A stretch of DNA of 64,000 bases, taken from NCBI GenBank assembly GCA_951406725.2, contig OX597824.1:20646001-20710000 (forward strand). The letters run 5' to 3'. Source of the DNA: Octopus vulgaris. Taxonomy: Eukaryota. Below, in pieces: positions 1 through 12,424 of this stretch. How positions within the stretch are numbered: the stretch's first letter is position 1; each line of letters opens with the position of its first letter. The notes under the pieces were generated by a model. That model ran no database searches. It was not told the origin of the DNA and saw nothing but the letters and a program-made list of their open reading frames with translations. The translations under genes were made by a program, and so were the position numbers.

Positions 1-56
1 ACAATGCAATTTTCTTTTTCCCCTTTCTCACTTTAAAAAAAAAATTTTTACTTTAC

Positions 57-98
57 AATTCTTGAAAAGTCACATTATGACGAAAACCGGTTTGAATT
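57..98 (+). ncRNA. Minimal type-I hammerhead-like motif with variant core (PLE-type)
   Basis: aattc-TTGAAAA-gtca[catta]tgac-GAAA-accggt-TT-gaatt. Stems I and II pair perfectly and stem III is palindromic. The core differs from CUGANGA at two positions. (TA)n lies ~105 bp downstream. Confidence 0.35.
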
Positions 99-199
99 AA
101 TATATATTTATATATTTTATCAATTTTTCAAAAACTTTTTCCATACACCCATTTACATTAAAATTTTCTTTCAATTTAGCATTCTGCAATTTTACAATA

Positions 200-241
<42 letters not shown>

Positions 242-422
242 CAGGTATCTTAACTAGGCCCAATACGGTCACATCAAACATATGACGTGACTACGGTCGG
301 GAATAGATACATTAAGCTGACATTGATTGTTTGCACGCCCCCAGGCAGACCAGAATATTTCAGCACCCTACCCTTGACCTGAATCCCTTCACAAATTCCT
401 TTGTAATTAATGTGTACTTTTT

Positions 423-423
<1 letters not shown>

Positions 424-509
<86 letters not shown>

Positions 510-650
510 GTGGTTGGTAAGCAAACATTTTACCACAGTGCCACGCCTGCGCCTATGGATAAAAATAAATGCATGTACAAATATATAAACATAAGGCTAT
601 CTGTGTATGTATGTAAGCATATATATATATATACATACATACATACATAC

Positions 651-681
<31 letters not shown>

Positions 682-745
682 CATACATACATACATACAT
701 ACATACATGCATACATACATACATACATATACGCGTAATATACAA

Positions 746-787
<42 letters not shown>

Positions 788-909
788 TAGATAGATAGGT
801 AGGTAGATAGATAGATAGACATATCGATAGATACACACATACACACACACACATATATATATATATTCATGTGTATTTAGTATACATGCATTTGTGTACG
901 CGTATATAT

Positions 910-972
<63 letters not shown>
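424..972. repeat. Compound microsatellite block (CA)n,(TA)n,(TACA)n,(GATA)n,(GT)n
   Basis: Direct reading. Confidence 0.95.
507..556 (-). mobile_element. SINE family A, 5' head fragment
   Basis: Reverse complement resembles the head ataggcgcaggagtggctgtgtggtaag...accaaccacatg of full copies. Confidence 0.6.
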
Positions 973-974
<2 letters not shown>

Positions 975-1436
975 CACTCATACATAGTCACATAGTTATA
1001 ACTGAACTCGTGTGAATGTGAGGCTAAATATATCTGATTTAAGATTACGAGACTGCAATAATTTTGCGTCTAATCTTTTTTAAACGCGATATTACATGTG
1101 TGTGTGTGTGTGTATGTGTGTGTGTGTGTGTGTGTGTTTGCATCTACGTGTGCATGTGTGTGTTTCTGAGTGTGTGATTTTTTTTTCTTTTTGCGTGTGT
1201 ATGTACATTTGTGCGTGTGAGGTGTGTGTGTGTGCCCTTTCAAATTGCTTCATCACCAGAAAAATATCTTTGACGTTTTGTCCTCATCCTTTATCTGTTT
1301 TATGGGGGTTATTTTCCCCCCCTTTTCAGTTTCTTATCTTCCCTTTCAACCACCTTATCATATTCCAGTTTTATGCGCCCCCTTTGTCTCGCATTCTGTC
1401 TGTCTGTCTAACTCTCCTCCATTTTCATATACATAC

Positions 1437-1495
<59 letters not shown>

Positions 1496-1557
1496 TAGAG
1501 AGAGAGGGATATACATATATTTATATATATATTTACAGAGAGAGGTGTGTATGTATA

Positions 1558-1617
<60 letters not shown>

Positions 1618-1743
1618 TATATACACCTATATACGCACACGCATATGCACACACAACCATACGTACCCGCAATATATAATTCTCTTTATATAAAAGTACA
1701 TGTCACTGACAAACTAGAAAAGAAAAGTGCTGGCGATCGTGTA

Positions 1744-1822
<79 letters not shown>

Positions 1823-2241
1823 ATGCGTGTGTATGTGAGTTTGTGTGTGTGTGTGAGATAAAATATTAAGATATTGGACTGGTATGTTTTAAAATGTTTC
1901 AACATATTTTAGTTAAAAATAAAAGTTGAAATCGTACAATGGCGTGGCCCCCACCCTCAAAAATAAAAATTCGCCTCAAAAGTGGTTGTTTCCTACCTCC
2001 CTCTCCCTTGTTACAGAACTAGATTCGTACACTTTAACAGAAGGTCCTTTTTGGCAGCGATCGTTCATAGCCATTCAGAAGAGGTGGGAGCAATATTTTG
2101 TATCATGGTAAAATTTAACATGTACCCTTATAAAATTGTGATACCGAGCACGACAACATGAACCTATCTATGCTTATATTTATCTAGCGCGCCCACGTAA
2201 ACACTTGTGCTTATAATTGTCACCATATTTCTCTCTCTCTC

Positions 2242-2304
<63 letters not shown>

Positions 2305-2307
<3 letters not shown>

Positions 2308-3050
2308 AAATGGGACAAGAACGCAAAAAACTCAAAGAGACGACACAAAAAACGGACGGGTCATTCGAAGCCTCTAATCTTCAGTCAAGAACCGGATCAT
2401 CCTCGCAATTTCGGTTGATTAATCTTGAGATCGCTCCGATGCGGCCAGCCCCAAGGAAAAAACTAAGCTACGAGCATTAGATTTCTTGGGAAAAGGATCG
2501 AATGTATACGAAACAAGGACAGAAAAACGGACGATGCTACACGAATATAAATACAAAAAACAATAATAGTAATAACAGGACAAAAACAGCGGGTGTCTTA
2601 CGACTTTAGACAGTTCAACTTAGCTTAGCTGGCGTATTTGGAAAAAAATGCCTTTGAGGTAGACGAAGAAAACGATGTTGTCGTGGCGGTGGTCAGAAGC
2701 CGAAAGGCTAGTTGACCGGCGGTCATGTGAGAGGAGAAGAGAGAGAAAAAAAGGGGGCAAAGGAATCAAAGAGCGAGCGAAAAAGAGGGACAAAGGCACC
2801 AAGGGGGGGGGAGAAAGAGGGAATTAAAGAGGGGAGAAGAAAGAGAGCGTGCCAAGGATTGGCATGGCGACAGAATCAGTGAGGTGCAAAGTGAGAAAGA
2901 CAGAGAAATGAGAGAGAGTGGGGGAAGAGGAGACCAAAGAATCAGAGGCAAGAAAAGAGAAAGACAGAGACTAGTGAAGTATAGAGAAAGTGTGTGTAGA
3001 AGTCGTACAATAGTGGAATGCTTACATACATAAGAGAACAAGATGTACGT
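2305..3050. mobile_element. (TA)n-adjacent dispersed repeat, possibly PLE terminal region (related copy 54590-54760)
   Basis: gtcattcg...gcaatttcgg(t/c)tg...gagat(c/t)gctcc shared with 54661-54760; abuts a (TA)n run. Confidence 0.35.
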
Positions 3051-3063
3051 TACGCCGCAATAA

Positions 3064-3539
3064 TCTCTTATTATAAAAGGCAGATTTTATCTGCCTCCCT
3101 TTGTCACTTATAGAAATCTACAATATAGGATTTCTTCAATTACAATTTACCTAGCATTTTTAAGAGTAGAATGCATCGGGTCATGCCAGGTCCAGTTTTT
3201 AAAATTTAAACTCCAATTAAGCAAAATTTACAGAAAACTCACATTCTGGTGTGTATGTCAAATGCTTTTCTTAGTCTGGTTTACAGCACACGCAAACGCA
3301 CACACACAGTGTGCAACGAATAAAATGAAACTAATTCACTGTGAGTGTGTTGACAGGTAGACAAAAGAATGCGATGGCGATGGCGATGTAATATTTGTTT
3401 CTGTCTATCACGCTGATAGATACATGAGTAAAATGTATGGCAAGCTAAGAGATAAGAGTGAGTGAAAATGTTCTTGGAAGAGAGTAAATAGCGAGAGTGA
3501 TTTAAGGAAGACTTTACATTAAATAACCGTAGTGGCTTG
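3064..3539 (+). mobile_element. Possible non-autonomous Helitron-like element
   Basis: Starts a|TCtcttattataaaagg, resembling the 5' end of other Helitrons here; 3' end is weak (CTTG|T). Confidence 0.3.
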
Positions 3540-3559
3540 TATATATATATATATATATA

Positions 3560-3830
3560 CATACATAAGACAGTAAGGTGTGATTTGAGGGAGATTTGGC
3601 TGCTATTTCTACCATGTCTAGCTGCCATGTAGGGGTCTCCCTCATAGGCTCATACATACATATATACATAGATAAGACAGTAAGGTGTGATTTGGGGAAA
3701 ATTTGGCTGCTATTTCTACCAGGTCTAGCTACCATGTAGAGGTCCCCCTCATTGGCTCATATATATATACATACATAAGACAGTAAGGTGTGATTTGAGG
3801 GAGATTTGGCTGCTGTTTCTACCAGGTCTG
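3560..3830. repeat. ~105-bp tandem repeat (2.6 copies) of a dispersed old repeat
   Basis: ataagacagtaaggtgtgatttg...ggctgctatttctacc repeated at ~3566, 3673 and 3776. Confidence 0.85.
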
Positions 3831-3894
3831 TTAGGCCTACTCATGTAAACTCAAGCTTTCTCATGCCTTGAACATAAGACCAAAGCAGAGAATG

Positions 3895-4120
3895 TATTCT
3901 TTTATTCTTCTGCTTTTTCCAGCCATTGGTCTGTGGCCATGCTGGGGCAATGCCTTGAAGAATTGTAGTTTAATGAATCAACTCCAGTTTTATTTTTGTA
4001 AGCATTGTACTTATTCTATCTGTTTCCTTTGTCAAACCACTAGGTGACAGGGATGTAAACAAACCAACATTCGTTGTCAAGCAGTGGTGGAGGACAATCA
4101 CAAGCACAGATACGCACACA
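3895..4120 (-). mobile_element. SINE family A, 3' half (diverged)
   Basis: tggccatgctggggca...tacttattctatc...cgttgtcaagc match family A. Confidence 0.7.
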
Positions 4121-4180
4121 CACACACATACATGCATACACACATACACACATACATACATACATACATACATACATACA

Positions 4181-4216
<36 letters not shown>

Positions 4217-4234
4217 TATGTGTGTATATATATA

Positions 4235-4493
4235 TTGCAGCGTGGAAGGTGTTTGTAAGCCATTTAAGAAACACACAAAAACCGTTAGATTCACTTCAAC
4301 ATTTAAATTTAATTTGCCAAAATATTTTCCTCGCTTTGAGACCGCGACCTGTTCACTGACAAAAATATCGTGCTAACAGGTCGCGGTCTCAAAGCGACGA
4401 AAATATTTTGGCAAATTAAATTTAAATGTTGAAGTGAATCTAACGGTTTTTGTGTGTTTCTTAAATGGCTTATAAACACCTTCAACGCTGCAA
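4235..4493. repeat. Fold-back inverted repeat, 119-bp arms, 21-nt spacer, probable PLE terminus
   Basis: 4235-4353 is the near-perfect reverse complement of 4375-4493; lies between (TA)n runs. Confidence 0.9.
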
Positions 4494-4553
4494 CTGTTTT
4501 CGTTCCAGCACACGATCTCAGATCAAGTCACTTGCTATGCAAGTACATCTCTG

Positions 4554-4632
<79 letters not shown>

Positions 4633-4699
4633 ATATTGGTAAAAACAGTAAGATAACAAAAGAAAGAAAGAGACCTCAATATTATGTAAATAGAGGAAA

Positions 4700-5094
4700 T
4701 CTTTATATATAAAAGTGAGGTTGTGTGTCTGTCTCCTACGATTTAGATTCCTAACTACTCCCACATTTTGCGGTGCAGTTTAACCAAAACCGGGTATCTT
4801 ATAGTCGTGATTCATATCGAGACCTTCTGGGTATTAGCGCGCGTCTACGATGAGTCTACGATTTAAAAAAAAATTTACCATCAATTTTTCCCATTTTTAA
4901 TCCATTTTTGACATATATAAGAGAAGTAACTCTCTAAAATTTATTATTAAATCTCAGAACGTAAAAAGCTACAGTAACACCCCTCCCCCTTTGTGGTTAG
5001 CCATATTGAGATGGCTATTATACTTTACATCTCTAAAAATGCTTATATAATTATTTCCCTTACAAACCCGAGCAACGCCGGGCGATACTGCTTG
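4700..5094 (+). mobile_element. Non-autonomous Helitron (family H1)
   Basis: 5' A|TC; 3' hairpin cccgagcaacgccggg then CTTG|T (CTAG in other copies); eight related copies in the window. Confidence 0.8.
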
Positions 5095-5139
5095 TATATG
5101 TATAAAAAATATATATAAAAATACAATATATATATATAT

Positions 5140-5734
5140 TCTTTTTTTTCTCTAGTTTCAGCTCAGATCTGCGGCCATGCTGATGCACCGCCGTTTTGCC
5201 ACACTGTTATTACTAAGAGCCTCCTCTAATATGTGGCACTTGGTGTAGAATGGAATTTGATATAGCTACCCTCATTTGCACCTCTTGCCGTGAGGTAGGT
5301 TCATCTGGGACTCTCGACAGGAAGAGATCCAGCTTTGATTTTAAAACCCCTACGTCTACTTTGTGCAAGTTCCTCAGACTCTTTGGGAGAATATTAAAAA
5401 GCTGTGGGCCCTTGAAACCCAGGCTGTTGCAGTAACTGGTCCTGAAGCGTGATGGCATTGCTGGGATCTTTGGCACTATGTAGTGTCGTCCCGTTCTGGC
5501 TTTGGTGTAGCTTTCAATGCCAAAATTGGGCACAATTCCTTCCAGGATCTTCCAGATATATATTACTGCGTACCTCTCCCGTCTTCTCTCATGTTTCAAC
5601 CTTTCCCAGTAGCTGAGCTGTTGCAAAGAGACGATCTTCTTTGTGAATCTTCTCTGGATAGCTTCAAGGTCCGCTGTTAATTTCACACTGGTGGGTGACC
5701 ATAGCTGTGAGCAATAATCAAGGCGGCTGAGGAC

Positions 5735-5737
<3 letters not shown>
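5140..5737 (-). mobile_element. CR1-group LINE, 5'-truncated ORF2 C-terminus plus 3' UTR
   Basis: Translation VLSRLDYCSQLWSP...LEAIQRRFTKKI...LSYWERLK...ERRRERY...WKIL matches the post-RT region of CR1/L2-group LINEs. Stop at 5213, then a short 3' UTR and A-rich end. Confidence 0.85.
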
Positions 5738-5787
<50 letters not shown>

Positions 5788-5790
<3 letters not shown>

Positions 5791-5986
5791 ATTTCAACCG
5801 ATTTTCCTAATCGGTTTCGCACACGATTCAGGTGATAACATAAGGTGGCGCTCGTCAGAAGAGCTTATCTGAAAAATATGGCGACAGCTCTCTGTTAGTG
5901 GAGCAGAGAGTTGTTGACGCCATACTTTTCATACCTAACATCCAATTCTTGTGTTTAAACTGATTGGTAAAATCGGTTGCAATGGA
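5788..5986. repeat. Imperfect fold-back element next to (TA)n
   Basis: tccatttcaaccgattttcctaatcggttt pairs with aaactgattggtaaaatcggttgcaatgga; inner hairpin at 5870-5931. Confidence 0.75.
5805..5862 (-). ncRNA. Minimal type-I hammerhead ribozyme motif (canonical core)
   Basis: Minus strand: tctt-CTGACGA-gcgc[25 nt]gtgc-GAAA-ccga-TT-agga. Stem III is one mismatch from the ccgg palindrome typical of PLE hammerheads. Confidence 0.5.
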
Positions 5987-6188
5987 TTTATAATACCAGA
6001 TCATATTAAACAAATATAATATTTAACAGATATACAAATGTCCTTTTTTTCTGACTCCCGGTTTCTTAGACGACTATATTTCGATAAATGAAGGAAACTG
6101 GATACGTCTTGTCTCAGGATCGATCAAAATACCGAGAAACGCTTCCTCAGGAGACCACCACTCTTCTTTTTTTCTGCACATCTATACC

Positions 6189-6388
6189 TATTTCTTTACT
6201 ACCCACAAAGGGCTAAACACAAAGAGGACAAACAAGGACAGACAAACGGATTAAGTCGATTACATCGACCCCGAAATTATGAAAGGCAAAGTCGACCTCG
6301 GCGGAATTTGAACTCAGAACGCAACGGCAGACGAAATACGGCTACGCATTTCGCCCGGCGTGGTAACGATTCTGCTAGCTCGGCGCCT
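6189..6388 (-). mobile_element. SINE family B
   Basis: Family B sequence with an internal deletion; flanked by TSD ttctgcacatctatacc. Confidence 0.85.
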
Positions 6389-7699
6389 TCTGCACATCTA
6401 TACCATAGAATGAATGCGTTCATATCTGTATTTCACCGTCAGTAGGTCTTGATGACATTTAAATGTATTTCAGTTCTTTTGCTTCACGCTCTGCTGCAAA
6501 AAATGTCTTCTGCTATAGCCCCGGCCCGACTAATGCCGCGTGAATGAATTTGCTAGGCGGAAACTTTGTGAAGACCAGTCGTGGATGTGTGATAAGAAGA
6601 TTGCTTTTCAGCCCCGCTGCCTTGTGAGTGAATTTGGAAGAGAGAAACTGTGCTGAAGCGTGTCGTATACATTTTGATTAGCTCGTTCATTCAGATCAAC
6701 TATTGCCGTTGTATGACTGATCGGTACCCTCTTCCACGGCTTCCTTAGAAGCAAATATTTTGGTACATAATAACATAATAACACCTCTCAACCCACTGGC
6801 TCGCAACAGTCTGCACAATTTATGTTACCATTGTCCCTACAATGATCTCTGACTGCTAAGAGATCATTGCCGAATATCTTCAGATTTTTGAGGATACAAA
6901 AGAATTGTCAGTCTGTCGGCAATTACTGCTGCCACATCCACCGTCCTGCTACCAATCCTGGGTGCATAGTCCTTATTTTGTCATTAGAAAGTGCCATACT
7001 ATCAATGTCTTTGAGATAATCGTTTTATCTGTCATGCATTCGACCAAATATCGTGCGCAGAGTTGTAACAAGTTTTCCACAATTGTATGAACTTTACCTG
7101 CTTTTAACAGTCAGTAACCAACGCAACATGAAAATGGTAAATAGCTTTTTGCTTAGAACATCATAATGGAATCACAGCTTCCCTTTGATTCAATTCCAAA
7201 AAATATTCTCAAATACGATTTCTTTAACAGAACTCGAATTTTCTTTAAATATTGTTTTAGTTTCGATTGATTTAAGCTGACATTACTTCAAGGGAAATAA
7301 ACATCAGAGATGATTCGCCCTACGCAAAAACTGCAGAAGCTACCCAGAGGTTTTGCAAGCTCTTCTAAATCTATTGTAATGCTGAGAACCCTTCCATATC
7401 GTCAACAGATATCCTTGGGTTACAAGCGTTTTGCCCCTTAGCCTGTATCATAAGGTTATTTGGGATAGGCAAGAAGTCAGCAACAGCACGAAGGTGGAAG
7501 GACAATCTTCCCCAGTCAATGTTCCAGAGTTCCCTCCAGAACAGTGGGCGCTCGAGCGCCTGGTCCCACTGTGTCTATTGCTTTGGTGAGTAAGCCCTAC
7601 CCGCTTCATCCGGCGATCCTCCACTGTTGAATCACGGACCCTTTGCACTTTGAGCTCAAGTATGTTGCGAGTGAAAGAACCTGTTTAAACGAGAATATA

Positions 7700-7920
7700 A
7701 AAAAGGAGAAAGCAAAGTCTTCAGTGTGAGTATGTGGTTTGTGGGGTCGACCGCGTCCTCCGCTTCATTTTTTGCTAATCACTCATTCTCATTTAATTGT
7801 ATATATTTTAATTGTTTGTTTATTCACACGTTTCGTCTCATTCGATACCCTGACCCCAACGTTTGTTTTGACTGTCCCCGTATCGCCCCCTCTTATTCTC
7901 AACCTTATGGTGAATAAAGA

Positions 7921-7952
<32 letters not shown>
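7700..7952 (+). mobile_element. Possible non-LTR retrotransposon 3' UTR ending AATAAAGAAA + (TC)n
   Basis: Pyrimidine-rich tract ending ...ggtgaataaagaaa directly before (TC)n; the same terminal word as the 36490-37195 units. Confidence 0.3.
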
Positions 7953-7957
<5 letters not shown>

Positions 7958-8439
7958 GGTATAGATGTTTTTCCTCCTCTTGGCGTTGAAGTTTTACTCT
8001 CATTGACAGATTTCTCCATCAAAATCTTTCTATATTCAACAGCCCACATTGTTCAGTCGTATCACCCAGTTCATGTGAAACCGTAAGAAACAAAAACTTC
8101 AAGATTCTTTTTCTTATATTTCATTTGTTCATATTATTTCGATATTGTTTTTGAAGATGAATAAACTGAAGCTGAGTAACACTTCTTTCGTTCATGTTAC
8201 TTGGATTCTGCTTAACAGCATTTGACTTATTGATTATTAACCTTTTATCCACTGGAGATGTACATAAAGTGCAATATATTGATTACAGAAAACTAAAATT
8301 ACCCAAAACATTTATCTTCACTACGCATGCATCAGAAATGATACTAAATCATTTCATGCCACATTGTGCACCATTTTTTAAACAACTATTTCACATTTGT
8401 TGCTGTCTATACTGAAAACGACTGAAAAATATTACATAA

Positions 8440-8832
8440 CTAGCAGTATCGCCCGGCGTTGCTCAGGTTTGTTTCGACCCTTTAGAATTGGAATTTTTGA
8501 AAAGTAAAAATTTTGCATTATGTAGCTTGTTATTCTCTTTAAGTGAACATTTTTCTGGTTGAAATAAACCGAAAAATGGCGACACAGCAGTCAAAAAATC
8601 GTAAAGAATAGGGATTTTCATAGAAAAAGAGTACCCTTTTTGATATAAATAATTTTTGGTGTTAACATGGTCCGATTTGAATTTTATCTTCTACGGAATG
8701 AAGAGCAAGCCTTCTTCTATCATACTCTCAGTTTTGGTCAAGTTGCGCTGCAGGGTCTCGGAGGAGATAGTGTTAGTTTGAGGCTACAAAACCTGCCATA
8801 CACAGACAACTTCAGCTTTATATATATAGAGA
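8440..8832 (-). mobile_element. Non-autonomous Helitron (family H2, shares 3' end with H1)
   Basis: a|ctagcagtatcgcccggcgttgctc end; internal sequence matches 60327-60695. Confidence 0.8.
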
Positions 8833-9511
8833 TATTTGCCGGAGTTGCCGAATTTCACCAGTTCAAACTATTTCACCAGGTTTTATAGTTTCACATTAGA
8901 AACAAGTACTTGATATTCAAGCAGACACTGTGAACCTTTCCCTTACAAAAGTTTCACACACACACACACACACACACGCGCGCGCGCGATTTTCAGTTAA
9001 CTGTGAATTTAAAGGGATTCTGTTACACGATATAATTAGATTAGATTACTACGTCGGTGATGTCGTTGGGAAATGGTTCCTTCGCCTGAATGACGCCGGT
9101 TAACTAAGTTAAGCAGCCCTTAATACAATTTAACACATCCAGAAACGCATTTAGCTTGCCCCTACAATTGTATCGACCCCAAGAAGAAAAGAAAGACACC
9201 TAGCGAAATAGCTGTTACGTAAATGGAGTAATAAAGAGGAAATCTCTATGTAGTCACTCGACCTGCTAGAAATAGTTGCCAAATCCTCGACAAATGATAC
9301 CCTGTCGTCTTAAAACGGAGAAGGGAACATTCAACACTGTAGTTCCAAAAAGGACGCCATTGATCTTGCAAGATCCTGCAAGAACCTGCGACCGTGGGAC
9401 TAAACAATATTGTCTTTGCTTGTATTTTATTGAAAACTATATTCAACTCAGAAAACATCACAAAAAAAAAAATCAAACTTTACAATGATTTCAACATCAA
9501 TGTATTTATTA

Positions 9512-9909
9512 CTAGCAGTATCGCCCGGCGTTGCTCGGGTTTGTAAGGGAAATAACTATATAAGCATTTTTAGAGATGTAAAGTATAATAGCCATCTCAA
9601 TATGGCTAACCACAAAGTGGGGTGTTACTGTAGCTTTTTACGTTCTGAGATTTAATAATACATTTTTAGAGAGTTACTTCCCTTATATAATAGCAACAAA
9701 ATGCATTAAAAATGGGAAAAAATTATGGTAATTTTTTTTTAAATCGTAGACTCATCGTAGACGCGCGCTAATACCCAGAAGGGCTCGATATGAATCACAA
9801 CTATAAGATACCCGCTTTTGGTTACACTGCACCGCAAAATGTGGGAGGAGTTAGGAATCTAAATCGAAGGGGACAGACACTCACACAACTAGAGTTTTAT
9901 ATATATAGA
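9512..9909 (-). mobile_element. Non-autonomous Helitron H1
   Basis: CTAG end with hairpin, TC start, matches 4700-5094. Confidence 0.85.
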
Positions 9910-10464
9910 TATATCTGTATGTATATGACTACATATTCTGCCGACATACATGTATATATGAACACGTGTAGATATGAAAAAATAATACATAGTAATACAT
10001 AAATTACACAACGAAACCAACTCACTTAGAAACAAGGCGAAAAGTCTCAATTACCCTCCTCTAATTATAACAATGACAGGAATGTTCTGAAATATATACA
10101 CCCACACTAACTGGTATAAATTTTTCGTTTTGGATTAAAAGTTAAGCCTTAAATGCCAAAATTAATTTCTTGCTTTGCTTTTCCTTGACTAAATTCTAAT
10201 TTTGATAAATGTTCCGATTAGAAAATTCAAATAGGCTTAGAATTATGGTAAACAGAATGAAACTGGATATTTGAGAGAGAACATTGTATATACTAAAATT
10301 CTACAAAAGTTTACGTTAGGTTATAATACTGCATAATAAGCCAAATTTTTCACGTAATGTTTTCTTATATATTACAATATTTATATACAACAACAAATCG
10401 TACAACAAATCATACCAAAAATGTGTCATTTTATTTCGATCACGGAGCCGCTGTGTACCATTAA

Positions 10465-10873
10465 TACTCTTTTACTTGTTTCAGTCATTTGACTGCGGCC
10501 ATGCTGGAGCACCGCCTTTGGTCGAGCAAATCGACACCAGGACTTATTCTTTGTAAGCCTAGTACTTATTCTATCGGTCTCTTTTGCTGAACCGCTAAGT
10601 TACGTGGACGTAAACACACCAGCATTGGTTGTCAAGCGATGTTGGAGGTGTGGACAAACATAGACACACACACACACACATATATACACACACACACATA
10701 CATATATACCACGGGCTTCTATCAGTTTCCATCTACCAAATCCACTCACAAGGCTTTGGTCGGCCCGAGGCTATAGTAGAAGACACTTGTCCAAGGTGCC
10801 ATGCAGTGGGACTGTACCCGGAACCATGTGGTTGGTAAGCAAGCTACTTACCACACAGCCACTCCTGCACCTA
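10465..10873 (-). mobile_element. SINE family A, full length
   Basis: tRNA-like head with A box tggctgtgtgg and B-box-like segment, internal microsatellite, 3' tail ggcggtgctccagcatggccgcagtcaaatgactgaaac. Confidence 0.9.
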
Positions 10874-11000
10874 ATGTAACGTAAGTCATTTAAATATTCA
10901 AATAAGTTTCTTTTTTCAAAGAGTATTTCTTATGACGTGTATTACATTAGAAATACAAATACGTATATACATTCTACAGATGTTTTCCATTGATGATGTT

Positions 11001-11345
11001 AAGCTTGCTTACCAATAACATGGTTCCGGGTTCAGTCCCCCTGTGTGACATCTTGGGGAAGTGTCTTTTCTACTATAGCGCCGGGCCGACTAAAGCTTTG
11101 TGAGTGGATTTGGTAGACGGAAACTGAAAGAAGCCCGTCGTGTGTGTGTGTTTGTCTCCTCCACCAATCACTTGACAACCAGTGTTGGTGTGTTTACGTC
11201 CTTGTAACTTAGCAGTTCTGTAAAAAGAACCGATAGAATAAGTACCAGGTTTTAAAAGAATAAGTACTGAGATCAATACATTTGACTAAAACTTCTTCAA
11301 AGTGATGTCCCAGCATGGCCACGGTCTGATGACTGAGAAAGTAAA
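11001..11345 (+). mobile_element. SINE family A (5'-truncated, inverted relative to previous copy)
   Basis: Family A similarity. Confidence 0.85.
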
Positions 11346-12312
11346 TTAAAAAAAAAGATACATTATAAACAGAATATTTTGTTTACCTTTTACTTCTTTC
11401 ACTCGTTGGATTGAGGGTCATGCTTGGAGCCCTGCTTTGAAAGGTTTAGTCTAACAAATCGACCCCAGTACTTGTTAAGCTTTACGATGACACTCTTTGA
11501 CCAACAGGATCCAAGCACTGCAACACCGATGGTGGAAGACACGTGTGGAACGGTAGGGAAACCAGGCTGCAAAATAAACCTCATTTGGTCACATTCCATA
11601 AGAGTAGCTTGGTCAGCCTGCGAACCTTTCAGCCGACCCTCATATACTTATTCTATCGGCAGTGGTTGGCCCATGGGTATAGAAGAAAATACTTACCCAA
11701 GGTACCACGAATTAGGGCTGAACCCGAAACCACGTGGCTAGTTAGTTGGAAAGTGGGCTCGTTTACCATACAGCCATGCCAAAAACTTTACCAAATTTGC
11801 TAAACTTCAACGCAAAGCAGAATAATTTTTGTATGGCCATAAATATCTTTCACCCCATAGTTAAATTTTGTTGATCTTTACGCTAAGATATCTTTGCCTG
11901 GAATACTTCTTGTACTGTCTTTGAGCGCAGACATCTGTATGTGGAATGATTTTTTAGTGGAATTGCCTAATCTGGTAGTCTCAGCGAACCTTTAGGAACA
12001 TAGTCATGAGGTGCAGTGTGAATCATGTTTGATGTTTTTATTACGATCGCGTGATTTCTCATTCAAAAACATAAAAGGTTTTGTAGAAAACCGCATTCAG
12101 TATATTATTCTAATTAGATCATTAATTAGAATAAACAGAAACACAACCATTTTTGCATAAACAGCATTTCATTACAAAGCAATTAACAACGTACAACTCT
12201 TAAAACCCAGGTACATCGAAAACACATCTCTTTAAAATTGACCACGGAACCAGCAATAGCTAATGGAGAAATTAGTGTGCGAGACGCTGTCTTATACCAA
12301 AGTGTCTACACC

Positions 12313-12366
<54 letters not shown>

Positions 12367-12378
12367 CATACATACATA

Positions 12379-12410
<32 letters not shown>

Positions 12411-12424
12411 CTCACAAATATTGG

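Noticed and set aside
241-250. acaggtatct resembling the 3' end of miR-993
   Set aside because: Only 10 nt match and there is no hairpin.
331-1905. Long ORFs rich in YI/HT/CV dipeptides
   Set aside because: Translations of dinucleotide and tetranucleotide microsatellites, not genes; the same applies to most ORF-track entries.
2360-2460. Possible hammerheads on the minus strand (CTGAAGA...GAAT-gac-cc-gtc; ...GAAA-ttgcga)
   Set aside because: Stem II overlaps the core or the UH triplet is missing, in both this copy and the 54661-54760 copy.
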